A stretch of 64,000 bases of DNA. It comes from Nemertoderma westbladi. Taxonomy: Eukaryota > Animalia > Xenacoelomorpha. The notes beneath the pieces were generated by a model. It searched no databases and had not been told where the DNA came from. It saw nothing but the letters and a program-made list of their open reading frames with translations. The translations under genes were made by a program, and so were the position numbers. Shown piece after piece: positions 51,629 through 64,000 of the stretch (positions are counted from its first letter, which is position 1; the number at the start of each line of letters is the position of its first letter). The stretch is from positions 1 through 64,000 of the forward strand of contig JAUCBJ010006418.1 in NCBI GenBank assembly GCA_032718475.1, read 5' to 3'.

Positions 51629-53846
51629 TTAAAGGAAATTAATTGTTTTACAGTATAAGATCTAAATAATTATACTTAAAAAATTATACAGATGTAATCC
51701 ACATACGCCATTCTATTATAGTTTTTAATTAGTTCAAGTGATTTGCTTTAATAAATGTGTCTTTAATTGATCTAAACGTAATTAAACGGCACAATTATTG
51801 TGTACAAATTTAATCCTTCCCATTATTGGTCACGTCTCTGCTGGTGTGGAGCTAGCTGGCTGGGAGTTCTTGCTAGGACTAACCAGAGAGGAATAGTAAT
51901 AGGCAACCAGTATTGCTATTCCAGCCCAGACAGCATTCTTTAAATCCAACATCCCAACATCCTTCCTGTATTCCAATCCTATTGACTCTACTATAAATGT
52001 TGTAGTGCTATCTCAGGTAAATGACAGATATAATAACATAAATACTATCCATGGCATGGCTGTTGTAGGCTTCTGAAATAGTTTATTCCACAATGTATAT
52101 GTCTGGTTATTTTTTAATTGAATTTTTGCAAAGTAGTAAAATTAATGTTCTTAAAAATAATATTATTATTTTATATGTAACCTAGGAAATTAGCTACATT
52201 TTTTCGCTGCAGCTTTAAGAGTGTACACGTTCGTGGGGCCTTCGCGCAGCACGAGGCCCAGTTATGATATACAAATTAAAACTGAGCGACTGTATCACAA
52301 AATCAGTATTTGAGAAATTTACCCACACCACCTATCAATTAGAGAAAGGGGTACAGTACGTGTTCAGCCCTTTTAATCTGCACCCCCCCCCCCCCCACCC
52401 TTCCCACCCACCAATACATAACCGCGACATCTACCACCCACGGAAGTGTAGCACGAACTTATTTCCAATCGCACGTTCAATATGCAAAGCCAGGTGGTTT
52501 ATAGGAATATAATAAACGCAGTACTCGTTTTCATTATAAGCCTCGTTGCGTTCGTCCTGTTTTGAATTTAAATATATTTCTTAAACGCAGGCTAGGACGA
52601 TCTTTATAATAATAATAACTAGGGATGCGATCAATGTGTGAAGCCAGGTGGTTTATATAATAATATAGTCAACGCAGTACTCGTCTTCTTTATAAGCCTG
52701 GTTGTGCTCGTCCTGTTTTGTATTTAAATATATTTCCTAAACGCAGACTGACGATCTTTATAACTACCGATGCGTTCAATAGGCGCAGCCAGGTATGGTT
52801 TATAGGAATATAGTCTACGCAGTACTCGTCTTCATTATATGCCTCGTTGCGCTCGTCGCTCGTCCTGTGTTGTCATAAAATATTTTTCCTAAACGCAGAC
52901 TGACGACCTTTATACAGTTATAACTATGCGAAGTTTCGAAACTGTGCGAGTAACTGCTGATACATCTATGTGGAGATGTGTGATACAACGCCAACGCATC
53001 GTATGCCGATGTAGTAATATGGGTATTGAAATAATATTAAATCAATGTACACTCTTAAAGCTGCAGCGAAAAATTGTAGCTAATTTCCTTGGTTACATAT
53101 AAAATAATAAAATTATTTTTAAGAACATTAATTTTACTACTTTCAGGGACGGATTATGGATTTTCGGGCCCCCGGGCAGTCCAACTTGCTGGCCCCCCAG
53201 ATCCCCCCCCCCCCCCAACCTGACCCCATTTGAAATTTTTTAGATCTCATTAGCAACAATTAATTATTAATAATAATATATCGTAACGAAATTCCTTATC
53301 ATTGCCCCATTGTTGTAGAGAGAGCAACTGTAATAATTTATATAGTAAGTAAAGTACAGTATTATGGGGAACGGATAGAAAAGCAAAATATTACAGTATA
53401 TAATCAAATGAGAATAATAATAATAATTACTTAGTAATTACATTAATAATATTAGAATAAACAAATCTAATTTTACGAGACATGGGGGGGGGGGGGGGGG
53501 TCGAATGTAGAGGTACTTGACGCAAATCCCATCTTCGCAAATTAATATCCCGCCTCAATGTTAAATTCTCAATTTAGTGAAAAGAGCAGGTTACAGTGGC
53601 ATGTTATTCTAACCAAAATAATAAACGAAAGTCAATAGATCAGGTTCCAGTTTTATTTTTGAGAATATTCAGTATTTCCCTGGAGAGGGATGCATTTTGA
53701 TTGCGTCGAAAGTCCCCCCTATCTGAATTTTACACAGACATTGAGACATATTTACAATATAAGAAACGTTTCTATAAATTCAACACATTAAATTAATTAT
53801 TAATATAAATATATTTGTAAATCAAATATTTAGACTGAATAACTAA

Positions 53847-56800
53847 TTAAACAAAAGGCATTTTCCTAGCCTTGCGTCTACAAAACTCATTAATAATTTC
53901 AGAGAAATCTAATTCCCGGAAAATGTCAACTTCCATGGTGAGAAGCGCCAGCGAGTTTAAACGGTATTGTGAAATAAGATTTCTCTGAAGGCTCTCAATA
54001 AGTTTCAGGGTTGAAAATAATCTTTCACCTTTACAGTTAGTGCACGCCAGTGTCAGAAATATGCGATACATAATTTCTACATTAGGGAATGTAGCCTGCA
54101 AGTCATTAGATATAATATATTTATATATAATGTGTTCGATGGATTCTGTTGGCTGTAGAACTGAGTCAGTTGGTTGCCGAGTACGTAGAGCAGGAACCGC
54201 CTTTATTATTGCACTAAATTGCAGCAGTTCTGGTCCAAGTTCTGGCTCTAAATCATTGGGATAAGCAGCGACCGCCCTAGATGCTAAAGATAAAATATCC
54301 TCAGAAGTCATCTCACTGAGGTTTCCCAAAAAACCAAACACCAAACTTACAGATTGATAGGCATCGAGCCTATGCCTCAAGTCTACCTGCAGTTGGTCAA
54401 CTGTGACTAAAAATACACTGGTGCGGAAATGATCTCTGGCCGCAAATATCGTATCTTGTGCACCACCATCGTCATCTTTTTTATTACGCTTGCGGGGTCG
54501 ACTGACTTCAGCATTATAGTGGCTATTCCCACACAGATTTATCGCCTTTGATTCGAATGAATCAAAACGGTCTCTCTGCTGAGCTACAAACGCAAGAAGG
54601 GATTCATAAAGGGCAACCATTGTATTCACATTTATGTGGCTTGATTGGAGTGACTGTGATGTTGCTTGGAAACGTTCCAATATTTCTCCCCAAAATATTA
54701 ATACGATCGAGATGTCTAGTGTTCTCAGTTTCAGTTTTAGACCTCCAGCTTCTAATCGACATTCGGCTTACTGTTGTTCATCATCTTCTAACTGTTGTAG
54801 TGCTTCACAGATAGGAATGTAGCCTAAAATGATACAAACAATTATTTTATAATTATTTTACATGTAAAGTTTAAGAATTAGGGTAGGGCCTACTTAATAC
54901 TGCAAATAAAATGCATTTCATTTACTCTGCATTTAATACGTTTAATTATTGGAATTTTAAACATTACCTTAATTGTTATTTAATTTTTTTATTTAATTAA
55001 TTACCTTAATTTAAATTGCAAATTATATTAAAGAATTGTGAAGAGTAGAAAAATATAGTGCTGATGGCACATCTAAAGGAGAATTTAATATTTGGTGGAA
55101 TGTAGTATGTCCGCCTGTCGGTTGTCTGTCTGTCTTACATTATGACAGACCGGTTGGCAGACAGCTATTCCACGATAACTCGATAACTAAAAGAGATCTC
55201 TCTAAGCCGTTTTCAGAATTGAAATCCCCATTAAATTATGCTCTAGATGCAATAAAAAACAAATTTCTGAATTTTTTTAGAGGGGGGGCACCTACCCCCC
55301 TCATCAGTCATATTCATATAGACCGCACGTATATGGAACTGTAATCAATAGACCGAATATTACACCCACCTTTAATCAACGCGTTTACAGCATCGTATCT
55401 AGCTGACCATCTCGTTTCGGAAAGTGACTTTACAACATTCAGTTTGAGTGGTTTAAGTTTAGAGCTCAAGAGATCCCATCGCGCAGTAGAAGCCGAGAAG
55501 AATGTGTAAACACGTATGAACTATGTCGAAACATGCTACTACGGAGCGAGTACATTCACAACTGTGCTTCCCAACGAGATTCAGGGAGTGAGCTGAGCAG
55601 GGAATCCATGTAGCAAATTTACATGCAGCTTTAACTCTTGTTTGGCAACCTGTATATTTTCCACTCATGTTCGATGCATTGTCGTATGATTGGCCACGAC
55701 AGTTACCAATATCTACATCTATGTCTTCCAGGTACTTTACTATGGTATCTGCAATTCTCCCTCACCCGTGTGACCAATCTGAGGAAAAAAATTTAAAAAG
55801 CGCTCTACAGGCTCAGTTCCTTCGACATAACGAACAACAAATGTGAGCTGGTCAATGTGAGTACAATCTGGTGTCGAGTCAACTGATATAGAGAAAAACT
55901 TCGCCAGATTCACACGGCGAATAATTTCTTTACGAACTTCGTCAGAGATTACTGATATAAGTTCATCACAAATTGTAGAACTCAGATATGACACGCTGCC
56001 TTTACCTTTATTGCTAAATCTCACAATGTGCTCTTGTAAGAAAGGGTCGAACTTAGCAAGCAATTCTAAAGCACCCATATAATTTCCATTTCTTGGGGAT
56101 CCAAATACTTCATTATCACCGCGTAATGCTAGGCCACGTTCGCACAGAAATCTAAGCACCTCCACACACCTATTTAGAACTTTTACCCAATACTGATACG
56201 AATTGTCAAACTCCTTTGTTAAAGATGATGGTAAGCAAGCAACACTGCTTTGCCTAATGGTAAAATCGGTCATAGCCTGCTTATGATATTTGCTACTCTC
56301 ATGCGAGGACAAGTTTTCATCTGCATGTTTCCAATTGTTGTAACCTTTAGTGAAAGCATTTTCATGCGAACAAAGCAGCTTGCAGGCAAAACAATAAACT
56401 TTACCTTTGGTCGGGGAGTAAATCAGCCAATTGCGTTTAATGATTTCACCAGTTAGTGAATGTTTCCGAGAAAAATAGGAGGCTTGACAGTACCGTAGTG
56501 AAGTTTCAGTTCCAATCTTCACAGCGGAGTTCTTAAATTGACCAAGAGTAAATTCACAACCATCCGGACCCATTGATATCCAATAACATCGATCTCCCTC
56601 AGACAACTTGTCCCATAACCCTATATCACTTGGAGGATCAATATGAGGAGAACTATCTGTGGGCCAACCTGCATTATCTGTATCTTGCATAGAAACTACA
56701 GGAGACTGCACTGATTCTGATTCCATACCTTTCACGGGAACAGGAACTAGAGCGTTGTCAGTATTAACAATTTCCCTCACTTCATCGCTACTGGTGATGG

Positions 56801-57005
56801 TCATCGGTGGGTGTGGGTCATCTGAAGGTGTAAATGATACAAGTGAAGAACCTGTAGTAGTGTTTGCGGTTGGCTTAAATATGGAGTCTATTAAATTCGT
56901 TTTCGCAATTACATGTTTAAATCTTTGATCTCGATCTTTCTTATCCTTCCTTTTCATGGATCCAGATTTGTGTTGAAAATCAGGCAATTTTTTCTTTGGT
57001 GGCAT
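53847..57005 (-). pseudogene. hAT transposase (ZMYM1-like: TTF zinc finger, DUF4371, hAT dimerisation domain), frameshifted
   Basis: WLIYS..YCFAC, GLALRGDNE, FFSISVDSTPD, GQSYDNASNMSG, CSAHSLNL, RWS and ERLFSTLK..RLNSLALL motifs are split over several frames. Confidence 0.9.
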
Positions 57006-58217
57006 TATAATTAATTTACAATGTAAAATATAGATCGAAGTCACAAGATAAATAATATTACAAAATAAGGAAACTTTTGAGAAATATTCACTGAAATACT
57101 ATAATTACAACTATTTACTTCATGGAAATGAGTACATAAATAAATGTACTGAGAAAACATCAGAACATAGGCGCGTGAGCATTAATGGATTAAAGTTAAT
57201 TGGACCGCGGCGCGCTGGGGGTGAATTGTTATATGCTGGTACAAATATTGCTACACACCTCCCCTCCCCACCCGCCCCCCCCCACCCCCCGCGAAAAAAA
57301 TTTAATAAAAAAGCGCTAACATAAATACAGTATACTGTATTTAAAAGTGCTTCAGTCTGTCAGTGCTCTCAATGCTTACATTTTCCTGGTTACTAAATAC
57401 AATATACTTATTACATTTACAAAAAGAAAGTGCAGAAGTGGCAAATGAAGCATTAACTATAAATTATCTACCTGCATTACAATGTATCAATGGGACAAAA
57501 AACTAATAACTTTTTTTCACTACCCCTATTCTCTCCAGTTCAGATAATTTTCACCAAACGGCAGTACGGTGATCTGGTTATACCTCGAGAATAATAAAAA
57601 AGTATTTTTTTCCCATGTAATAAATAATTATAAAGGGTTAACAATTATCATATGTTAACCATTTAAATAATTAATTAATCAAGAAACAAGTCACTCAACT
57701 TTAGGAAAGAAATCTATACTGATATAGATTGGCAATGTAAGCCAATAATATGAGCTCAAGTACTGCAATACTGGCCAGCTGGCTGCTGTAGTGTGCAGCG
57801 CATTGAACTAAGCTACAGTAAGACTATACAGCTATTGAGATACTTTCCTAAATGCCAGCTAAACAGAAACAAGGCACCAGGGACTATCCCATTGGCTCTG
57901 GGCACTGGGCAGACTTGCTTGGAAACACATATCCATACCAAACAGCCTATATATAGCCTTGCAGTTGGAGGGTGTGGGGGGGGGGGGGGGGTAAGCTTAT
58001 TGCTTAGGAGCCAATTATTGTCTATGGTTTGAACTGAGGGTTTGCGTTGACTCACTGGCCCATAGGTATGTATAGTAGTAGACTGTGGGTCGGGTGCCCC
58101 GCCGACGGTGGCTCTGCTTATTGGTTGCTCTCGGTTATACTTGAATGGATCTATCTGTAAGGCAATAAATTGTTATACACAGTAAGTAATAGTGTGGGCT
58201 TGCATGGGCTCTGCTTT

Positions 58218-59454
58218 GGGTAACAGACGTTTCGGTCTAAGACGTTTTGGCCTAGGACGTTTCGGCCCAATGAATGAAATACAAGATTTGCATGTCGGAC
58301 GTTTTGGCCCAAAGATTCACTTTACTCCCTTAAATAAGCTACAGTATTAATAATGAGTTATTCAATATATTTGCTTTGTAGTTGTTACGTTCGTTACAAG
58401 AGGAGTTGTCAGTAGGAACTGCTCCACCTGTTTGAAAGTCGTCAAGATCGAAGTTCTACATTATATTTATAAATAATAACTAATGTAATATTATTATTAC
58501 TATTTATTTATATAAATTTACACCATACTGTAACTTAGAACAAATATAACATGCTGACAAATTAAGTTTAGTATTATGATGATGGGTTTTCCCCCATAAA
58601 AAAAACATACGTATTTTAAAATGTGTGTCAATAAATAAAGTACATTAAAATACACGGAATTAAAATTATTACTGTATTTTAATATTGGTCTTAAAAATAT
58701 AATAGATTATAAATATTCCATTAAAGGAGCATTGCTAATAATTATGAGACAGGCTGGATGTCATATGGAATGAGAGAAAATATATGCGTATTAAATTTAA
58801 ATTTAGATGAAATGTATGCGCATTGAAAGGACCAGAGTGGATGTGAAGTGAAATAAAATATGTATTAATAAAAGCATTATACGTCGTTATCTATGGGTAT
58901 AAATCAAAATCATCTATCATCGAAGATGAGAGTTATTGTTTCAACAGATCATTAAGACATAGCTGCAATACACTGTCCAGCTACAAGAATTATCAATTGA
59001 GTAATGTTTAAAATTAATGAAGTATCTCCAAAATATATCGATCAAACGAGATTTAAGCCCTAAATGGTTCGTGAAATTGATTCACTTTGGTAGAACTATT
59101 AGCAATGTGGTACTGGAGACCAATAGATTAGTTCTGACTTGCTTTTTTCGGCCGCATAACATAATAGATGGCGAATTGTCTATGGAACCAGAGCACCACT
59201 TCCCTAATGTTTATTTTATTTTGAAATAAAAGTAAATTAAATAGCCATTTCATGAAAGATATTTTATTAAGTGATTGTATGTTAGTGTGAAATAATTATA
59301 ATTTAAATGAATAATTATTATCATATCAAACAAGTTAGCCTTTTCATTCAGTTACAGTCATGGGCCGAAACGTCCGGGCCGAATCGTCCGGGCCGAAATG
59401 TCCGGGCCGAAACGTCCTGGACCGAAACGTCCTAGGCCGAAACGTCTGTATACC
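58218..59454. mobile_element. MULE-like MITE nested in the hAT element
   Basis: Ends made of inverted ggccgaaacgtcc repeats; 9-bp TSD ctctgcttt at 58209-58217 and 59455-59463. Confidence 0.8.
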
Positions 59455-60547
59455 CTCTGCTTTCTGGCCTTCTTGCTATGTTGGGAAAAATATTATTTGT
59501 TCATCAGGGTCAAAAATTTTAATATTGTATATCTGTAAAATAATTTCTTAAACTTTTTTTCTAACTTACGGGCCCCTTCCAACTTACGGGCCCCCGGCAG
59601 CTGCCCCCCCCCCCCCCCCCCCATAATCCGCCCTGACTACTTTACAAAAATTCAATTAAAAAATAACCAGACAAATACATTGTGGAATAAACTATTTCAT
59701 ATATAAGCCTACACAACAGCCATGCCATGGATAGTATTTATGTTATTATACAATACATGTATCTGTCATTTACCTGAGATAGCAATACAACATTTATAGT
59801 AGAGTCAATAGGAATTGGAATACAGGAAGGATGGTGGGATGTGGGATTTAAAGAATGCTGTCTGGGCTGGAATAGCAATACTGGTTGCCTATTACAATTC
59901 CTCTCTGGTTAGTCTACACTCTACAGCTCCCTAGTCTACAGTCCACAGTCTACAGTCCACAACTCCCAGCCAGCTAGCTCCACACCAGCAGAGACTTGAC
60001 CAATAATCATTCCCAGCAACTGGCTGCCTTACACACACATCCTTCCATCTATGTACCAGCATGTTGGCCAATAAATGAGTAGTATTTAATGAGAATCAAT
60101 TTTTTATGCCGTTTTAATTACTTTAGATCAATTAAAGACACAATTATTAAAGCAAATCACTTGAACTAATTAAAAACTATAATAGAATGGAGTATGCGGA
60201 TTACATCTGTATAATTTTTAAGTATAATTATTGAAGTCTTATACTGTAAAACAATTAATTTCCTTTAACAGGCAGGTTGAAAGTGCTGTTTTTACCGTAA
60301 TCAATTTAATTAACTAATTAACTGCTATTATCTTAGCTTCTCGAAGGCCACACGAAAATTCAATTTCTCAACTTTTGCCAAACAACATGTGTACCAAGTT
60401 TGGATAGATTTCATCGAAGATTGGCCGAGTTAATAACGTTTAAAATTGAACAAGAACGACAGAACGACAGGTTGATTAATGGTACCACTACGCTAAGGCT
60501 CACTCACTTCGTGGCTCGCCCCACATTGATTTAATATTATTTCAATA

Positions 60548-60849
60548 CTACTACTACTACTACTAGGATCGGCATGCTGCATTGCAGCTGCATTTTTAAG
60601 AATGCTGTGCCGGCTTGTCAACAAAATTGCACCGCCACAACTCCCTATCACCCATGACATTTGCTAGATCATCCGCATCTTTAAGGCCAGTGTCCTTTAA
60701 GATGCGTCTCAAGAAAGTCATGGGCTGTCCACCATGCTTATTCACTCCATGAGGCTGCCAAAGTACAAGATTATGCACTGGCTGGTCCTCACGGCGAAAG
60801 CAATGTCCTGCAAATAAAAATTAATTTTAATAATAAAAATTAATAAAAA
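60548..60849 (-). mobile_element. 5'-truncated RTE-like LINE 3' fragment
   Basis: Matches ~5015-5268; (tag)n tail; TSD attatttcaatac on both sides; empty site at ~53020-53040. Confidence 0.9.
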
Positions 60850-62044
60850 TTATTTCAATACCCATATTACTACATCGGCATACGATGCGTTGGCGTTGTA
60901 TCACACATCTCCACATAGATGTATCTGCAGTTACTCGCACAGTTTCGAAACTTCGCATAGTTATAACTGTATAAAGATCGTCAGACTGCGTTTAGGAAAA
61001 ATATTTTATAACAATACAGGACAAGCGACGAGCGCAACGAGGCATATAATGAAGACGAGTACTGTGTTGACTATATTATTATATAAACCACCTGGCTTCA
61101 CATATTGATCGCATCCCTAGTTATTATTATTATAAAGATCGTCCTAGCCTGCGTTTAAGAAATATATTTAAATACAAAACAGGACGAACGCAACGAGGCT
61201 TATAATGAAAACGAGTACTGCGTTTATTATATTCCTATAAACCACCTGGCTTTGCATATTGAACGTGCGATTGGAAATAAGTTCGTCTTCCGTGGGTGGT
61301 AGATGTCGCGGTTATGTATTGGTGGTTGGGAAGGGTGGGGGGGGGGGGGGGGGATTAAAAGGGGTGAACACGTACTGTCCCCCTTTCTTTGATTGATTGG
61401 TGGTGTGGGTAAATTTCTCAAAACCTGATTTTGTGATACAGTCGCTCAATTTTAATTTGTATCTCATAACTGGGCCTCGTGCTGCGCGATGGCCCCACGA
61501 ACGTGTTTAGTATTGCAAATATGAAATGAAATAACCCATGTGAAAAATACCAGACTTTCTGCCGTTATATTCCACTTTGCAGTTACCCCCATGTGAAGAA
61601 TATCAGGTTTTCACCAAAAACACAGGTTACAGAAGGGCTGAATCTAACAAAACAATAAACGAATTAGTATATGACGTACAGGTCAGGTCAGGTCATGTGT
61701 TAGGTCAGGTCAGGTATTCTAGGTCATTGATCAAGAAAACTTGCCACCTCCATGCAGCATAAAGGAGTTGCCACCTGTAGCTGCATAGACCCTCTTACTA
61801 GGGCAAATCTGGTCCTGTAACTAGGACCCCCTTCGTTCTGGGATAAGGACGCCCTTGGTCCTGGATTAAGGACCCATATACTTGGCTGCAGGGGTATATG
61901 GTGGGTCATGTACGCCAGAGTAGATATGGGTGATGGGCCTCATATCTGACTCCATTGCGACACCCACCCTGTGGAATGGCAAACCAGGGTGTGGTATTTG
62001 CCCCGAGAGCTGACTCGGCAAAAAAGCACCCCCCAACCCCCACT

Positions 62045-64000
62045 ATGGATTACATTAGCAATGCGGAGGTCCGGCCACTAGAGGCCAGTGGAATTACCGG
62101 ACACAATCGGCCTCACAGGCGTCAGTTAACTCCTGACCGGCTGCCTGTCTCACCCCCTACTGGAGAGAGAGCAGCCTACAATTCTTTGAGTCCCTTTCCT
62201 GATGACCTTTCTGGCCCAAACCCTGGGTCACCAGGGAGGCCAGATTGTGATGGGGAGAGGGATTCTGGAGTTGGAGGCTACTCTCATGTTCCACCCCGAC
62301 CAACAAAGCCATTGGTGAATCTGAGGCAAGTCACTAGACTAGCCTCAGTAAACACCCTAACACTCGGGTCCCCAATGCGACAAGGTGAGCTGACTGCCTT
62401 GGCAGATAAGCTTTCTCTTAGCGCAGTGGGTGTTCAAGAGCACCGAATGCAGACTGGACAGACTGATGAGGTTCTGATTAAGGACATGGGGGGCGGTTGG
62501 CGACTCGCCCTCGCGTCAGCAGATGATAGTGGCAATGGTGGAATTGGTCTATTGATGAATCCAACTGCACATGCAGCATTGGACAAAATAGACCAAATCT
62601 CTAACCGCATCATCCGTTGCCACTTCTCATGTTCTGGAAGACTGGCTAAGAAGTTTCCTAAGGTGGTTCTGATTGTGTGCTACTCTCCAACTAGTGTTGC
62701 CCCTGTAGAGGAGGTGGAAAATTTCTACCACAATCTACAAGCAGCAACTGATGGAGTGGATCAGCATGCATTCTTAACATTCCTGGGAGACTTTAATGCA
62801 AGTCTGCATCAATCACCTACATCGCCCTGGGTCTATAGCAATAGTGTTAACCGAAATTCTGTCCATCTTCAGGATTTTATCTCTGGAAATGGATTGTTTT
62901 CGGCTGGAACCCAGTTCAAGAAGCGAACTGGAAAGCTATGGACTCATAGTGGACCCAGTGGTCACAAGTCCCAGATAGACCATATTCTGTTTCGTAGGAA
63001 ATACAGGAGCTCTATACAAGACTGTAATGCATTTACACTTCGACCCTTCTCCAGTGATCACCGCCTTATTGTGGCCAAGGTAAGACTTAGTCTGCGTGCT
63101 AGCAGAACAACGAAATCTGCCTTGCCACGGCATGACTGGTCCTCTCTGTTGCAACAGCCAAGTGTGAGATCCAGCTTCACACTACAGCTGAGCAACAGGT
63201 ATGAGGCTCTTGCCTCTGAGGCGGCAAATCACTGTGAGGGCTATACTGCCTTTACAGAAGCAGTTAAGTTAGCAGCTGCAGAAACAGTTCCTGTATACCC
63301 TCGAAACAGGAAAAGGGCCCCCTGGACTGACAACAAAATTCAGAAGTGCCGAAATGACCTTCATAAGGCGCAGAAAGAGTCCCGACTCAAACAGACTACA
63401 GCGGCCAAGAATGCAGTTAAAGCTGCATCTAGGTCCCTGAACAGGCAGTACTCTGTTAATCTACAGGAGCTAATAAACCAACAGGTTGATGCCATCAATG
63501 ATGCTGACGACAGCAGGCAATCATCCCAGGCATGGAAATCGATCAATCTGCTTACTGGGCGGAAAAGCCAACCAACCACCAAGGTTAAGGCTGAATCACC
63601 AGCCGATCGCCTCAATGGTTGGAAAGCCCACTTTGAAAAGCTCCTCAATAATGACAGGGTATTGCCTGATAACTTTATAGAAGTAAAAGTGTCTGAGTCT
63701 GTACTCCCAGATATTCCCATTGGCGATATCTCCTTTGCAGAAGTGAAGGCTGCTGCAAAGAGCATTAAGACCAATCGTGCCAGTGGAGTAGATGGTGTTC
63801 CTCCTGAGGTCTTTAAAATACCTGAGTGTTTAAAGCTCATCTATCCCATCATAGTAGACATGTACCGTACAACAAGAGTCCCACAAGAAATGAAAACAAA
63901 TAAGTTGGTGCCAGTTCCCAAGAAGGGCAACCTAACACTCTATGGTTCTTTTCGGGGAATCTCATTGATCTCGATTGCTGCAAAACTATACAATAGAATT
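62045..64000 (+). CDS. RTE-type LINE ORF (APE endonuclease plus start of RT), runs off the window; 5' UTR from ~61700
   Basis: ATG at 62045 is in frame with VGVQEHR, CYSPT, LGDFNA, QIDHIL, SDHR and LVPVPKKGNL..FRGISLISIAAKLYNRI. No stop seen. Absent from the ORF track, consistent with no in-frame stop before the window end. Confidence 0.92.
   Translation, partial: MDYISNAEVRPLEASGITGHNRPHRRQLTPDRLPVSPPTGERAAYNSLSPFPDDLSGPNPGSPGRPDCDGERDSGVGGYSHVPPRPTKPLVNLRQVTRLASVNTLTLGSPMRQGELTALADKLSLSAVGVQEHRMQTGQTDEVLIKDMGGGWRLALASADDSGNGGIGLLMNPTAHAALDKIDQISNRIIRCHFSCSGRLAKKFPKVVLIVCYSPTSVAPVEEVENFYHNLQAATDGVDQHAFLTFLGDFNASLHQSPTSPWVYSNSVNRNSVHLQDFISGNGLFSAGTQFKKRTGKLWTHSGPSGHKSQIDHILFRRKYRSSIQDCNAFTLRPFSSDHRLIVAKVRLSLRASRTTKSALPRHDWSSLLQQPSVRSSFTLQLSNRYEALASEAANHCEGYTAFTEAVKLAAAETVPVYPRNRKRAPWTDNKIQKCRNDLHKAQKESRLKQTTAAKNAVKAASRSLNRQYSVNLQELINQQVDAINDADDSRQSSQAWKSINLLTGRKSQPTTKVKAESPADRLNGWKAHFEKLLNNDRVLPDNFIEVKVSESVLPDIPIGDISFAEVKAAAKSIKTNRASGVDGVPPEVFKIPECLKLIYPIIVDMYRTTRVPQEMKTNKLVPVPKKGNLTLYGSFRGISLISIAAKLYNRI

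Larger units (their letters stand above)
53144..59635 (-). mobile_element. hAT transposon, full-length ends
   Basis: TIRs cagggacggattatgg / ccataatccgccctg; 8-bp TSD actacttt at 53136-53143 and 59636-59643. Confidence 0.95.
50644..61509 (+). mobile_element. Helentron/HINE-like element (outer copy 50644-52226 plus 60524-61509) containing an inverted copy of the same family (~52226-60525)
   Basis: 50644-52226 is the reverse complement of 53046-53143 plus 59644-60525; 52226-53049 is the reverse complement of 60523-61505. Short subterminal inverted motif gtggggc/gccccac and a GC-rich 3' hairpin. Confidence 0.75.

Noticed and set aside
61700-62045. HDV-like ribozyme in the RTE 5' UTR
   Set aside because: Known for some RTE elements, but I could not build the double pseudoknot by eye; needs a descriptor search.

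Overview
AT-rich, repeat-dense animal (probably invertebrate) genomic DNA with GT-AG introns. The backbone is one + strand gene of about 44 kb. I can splice 17 phase-compatible exons (2992-47044, 5' end not located) into an SFMBT-type Polycomb protein: long low-complexity N-terminus, four MBT repeats, SLED domain, SAM domain. Its introns hold several intronless genes: RPF2 (antisense), PDCD6/ALG-2 (same strand), TMEM232 (antisense, with an X-box), tRNA-Glu(CTC), and two orphan ORFs, one SNARE-like. The introns also hold six different tandem repeats, foldback elements, SINE and LINE remnants, and three tandem histone 3' stem-loops with no histone gene next to a 3-kb satellite. Downstream of the gene is a nest of transposons: a Helentron/HINE-like element with an inverted copy of itself inside it, carrying a hAT element, a MULE-like MITE, a TTAA MITE and a LINE fragment. 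The window ends in an apparently intact RTE-type LINE ORF. All calls are by eye, with no database searches.
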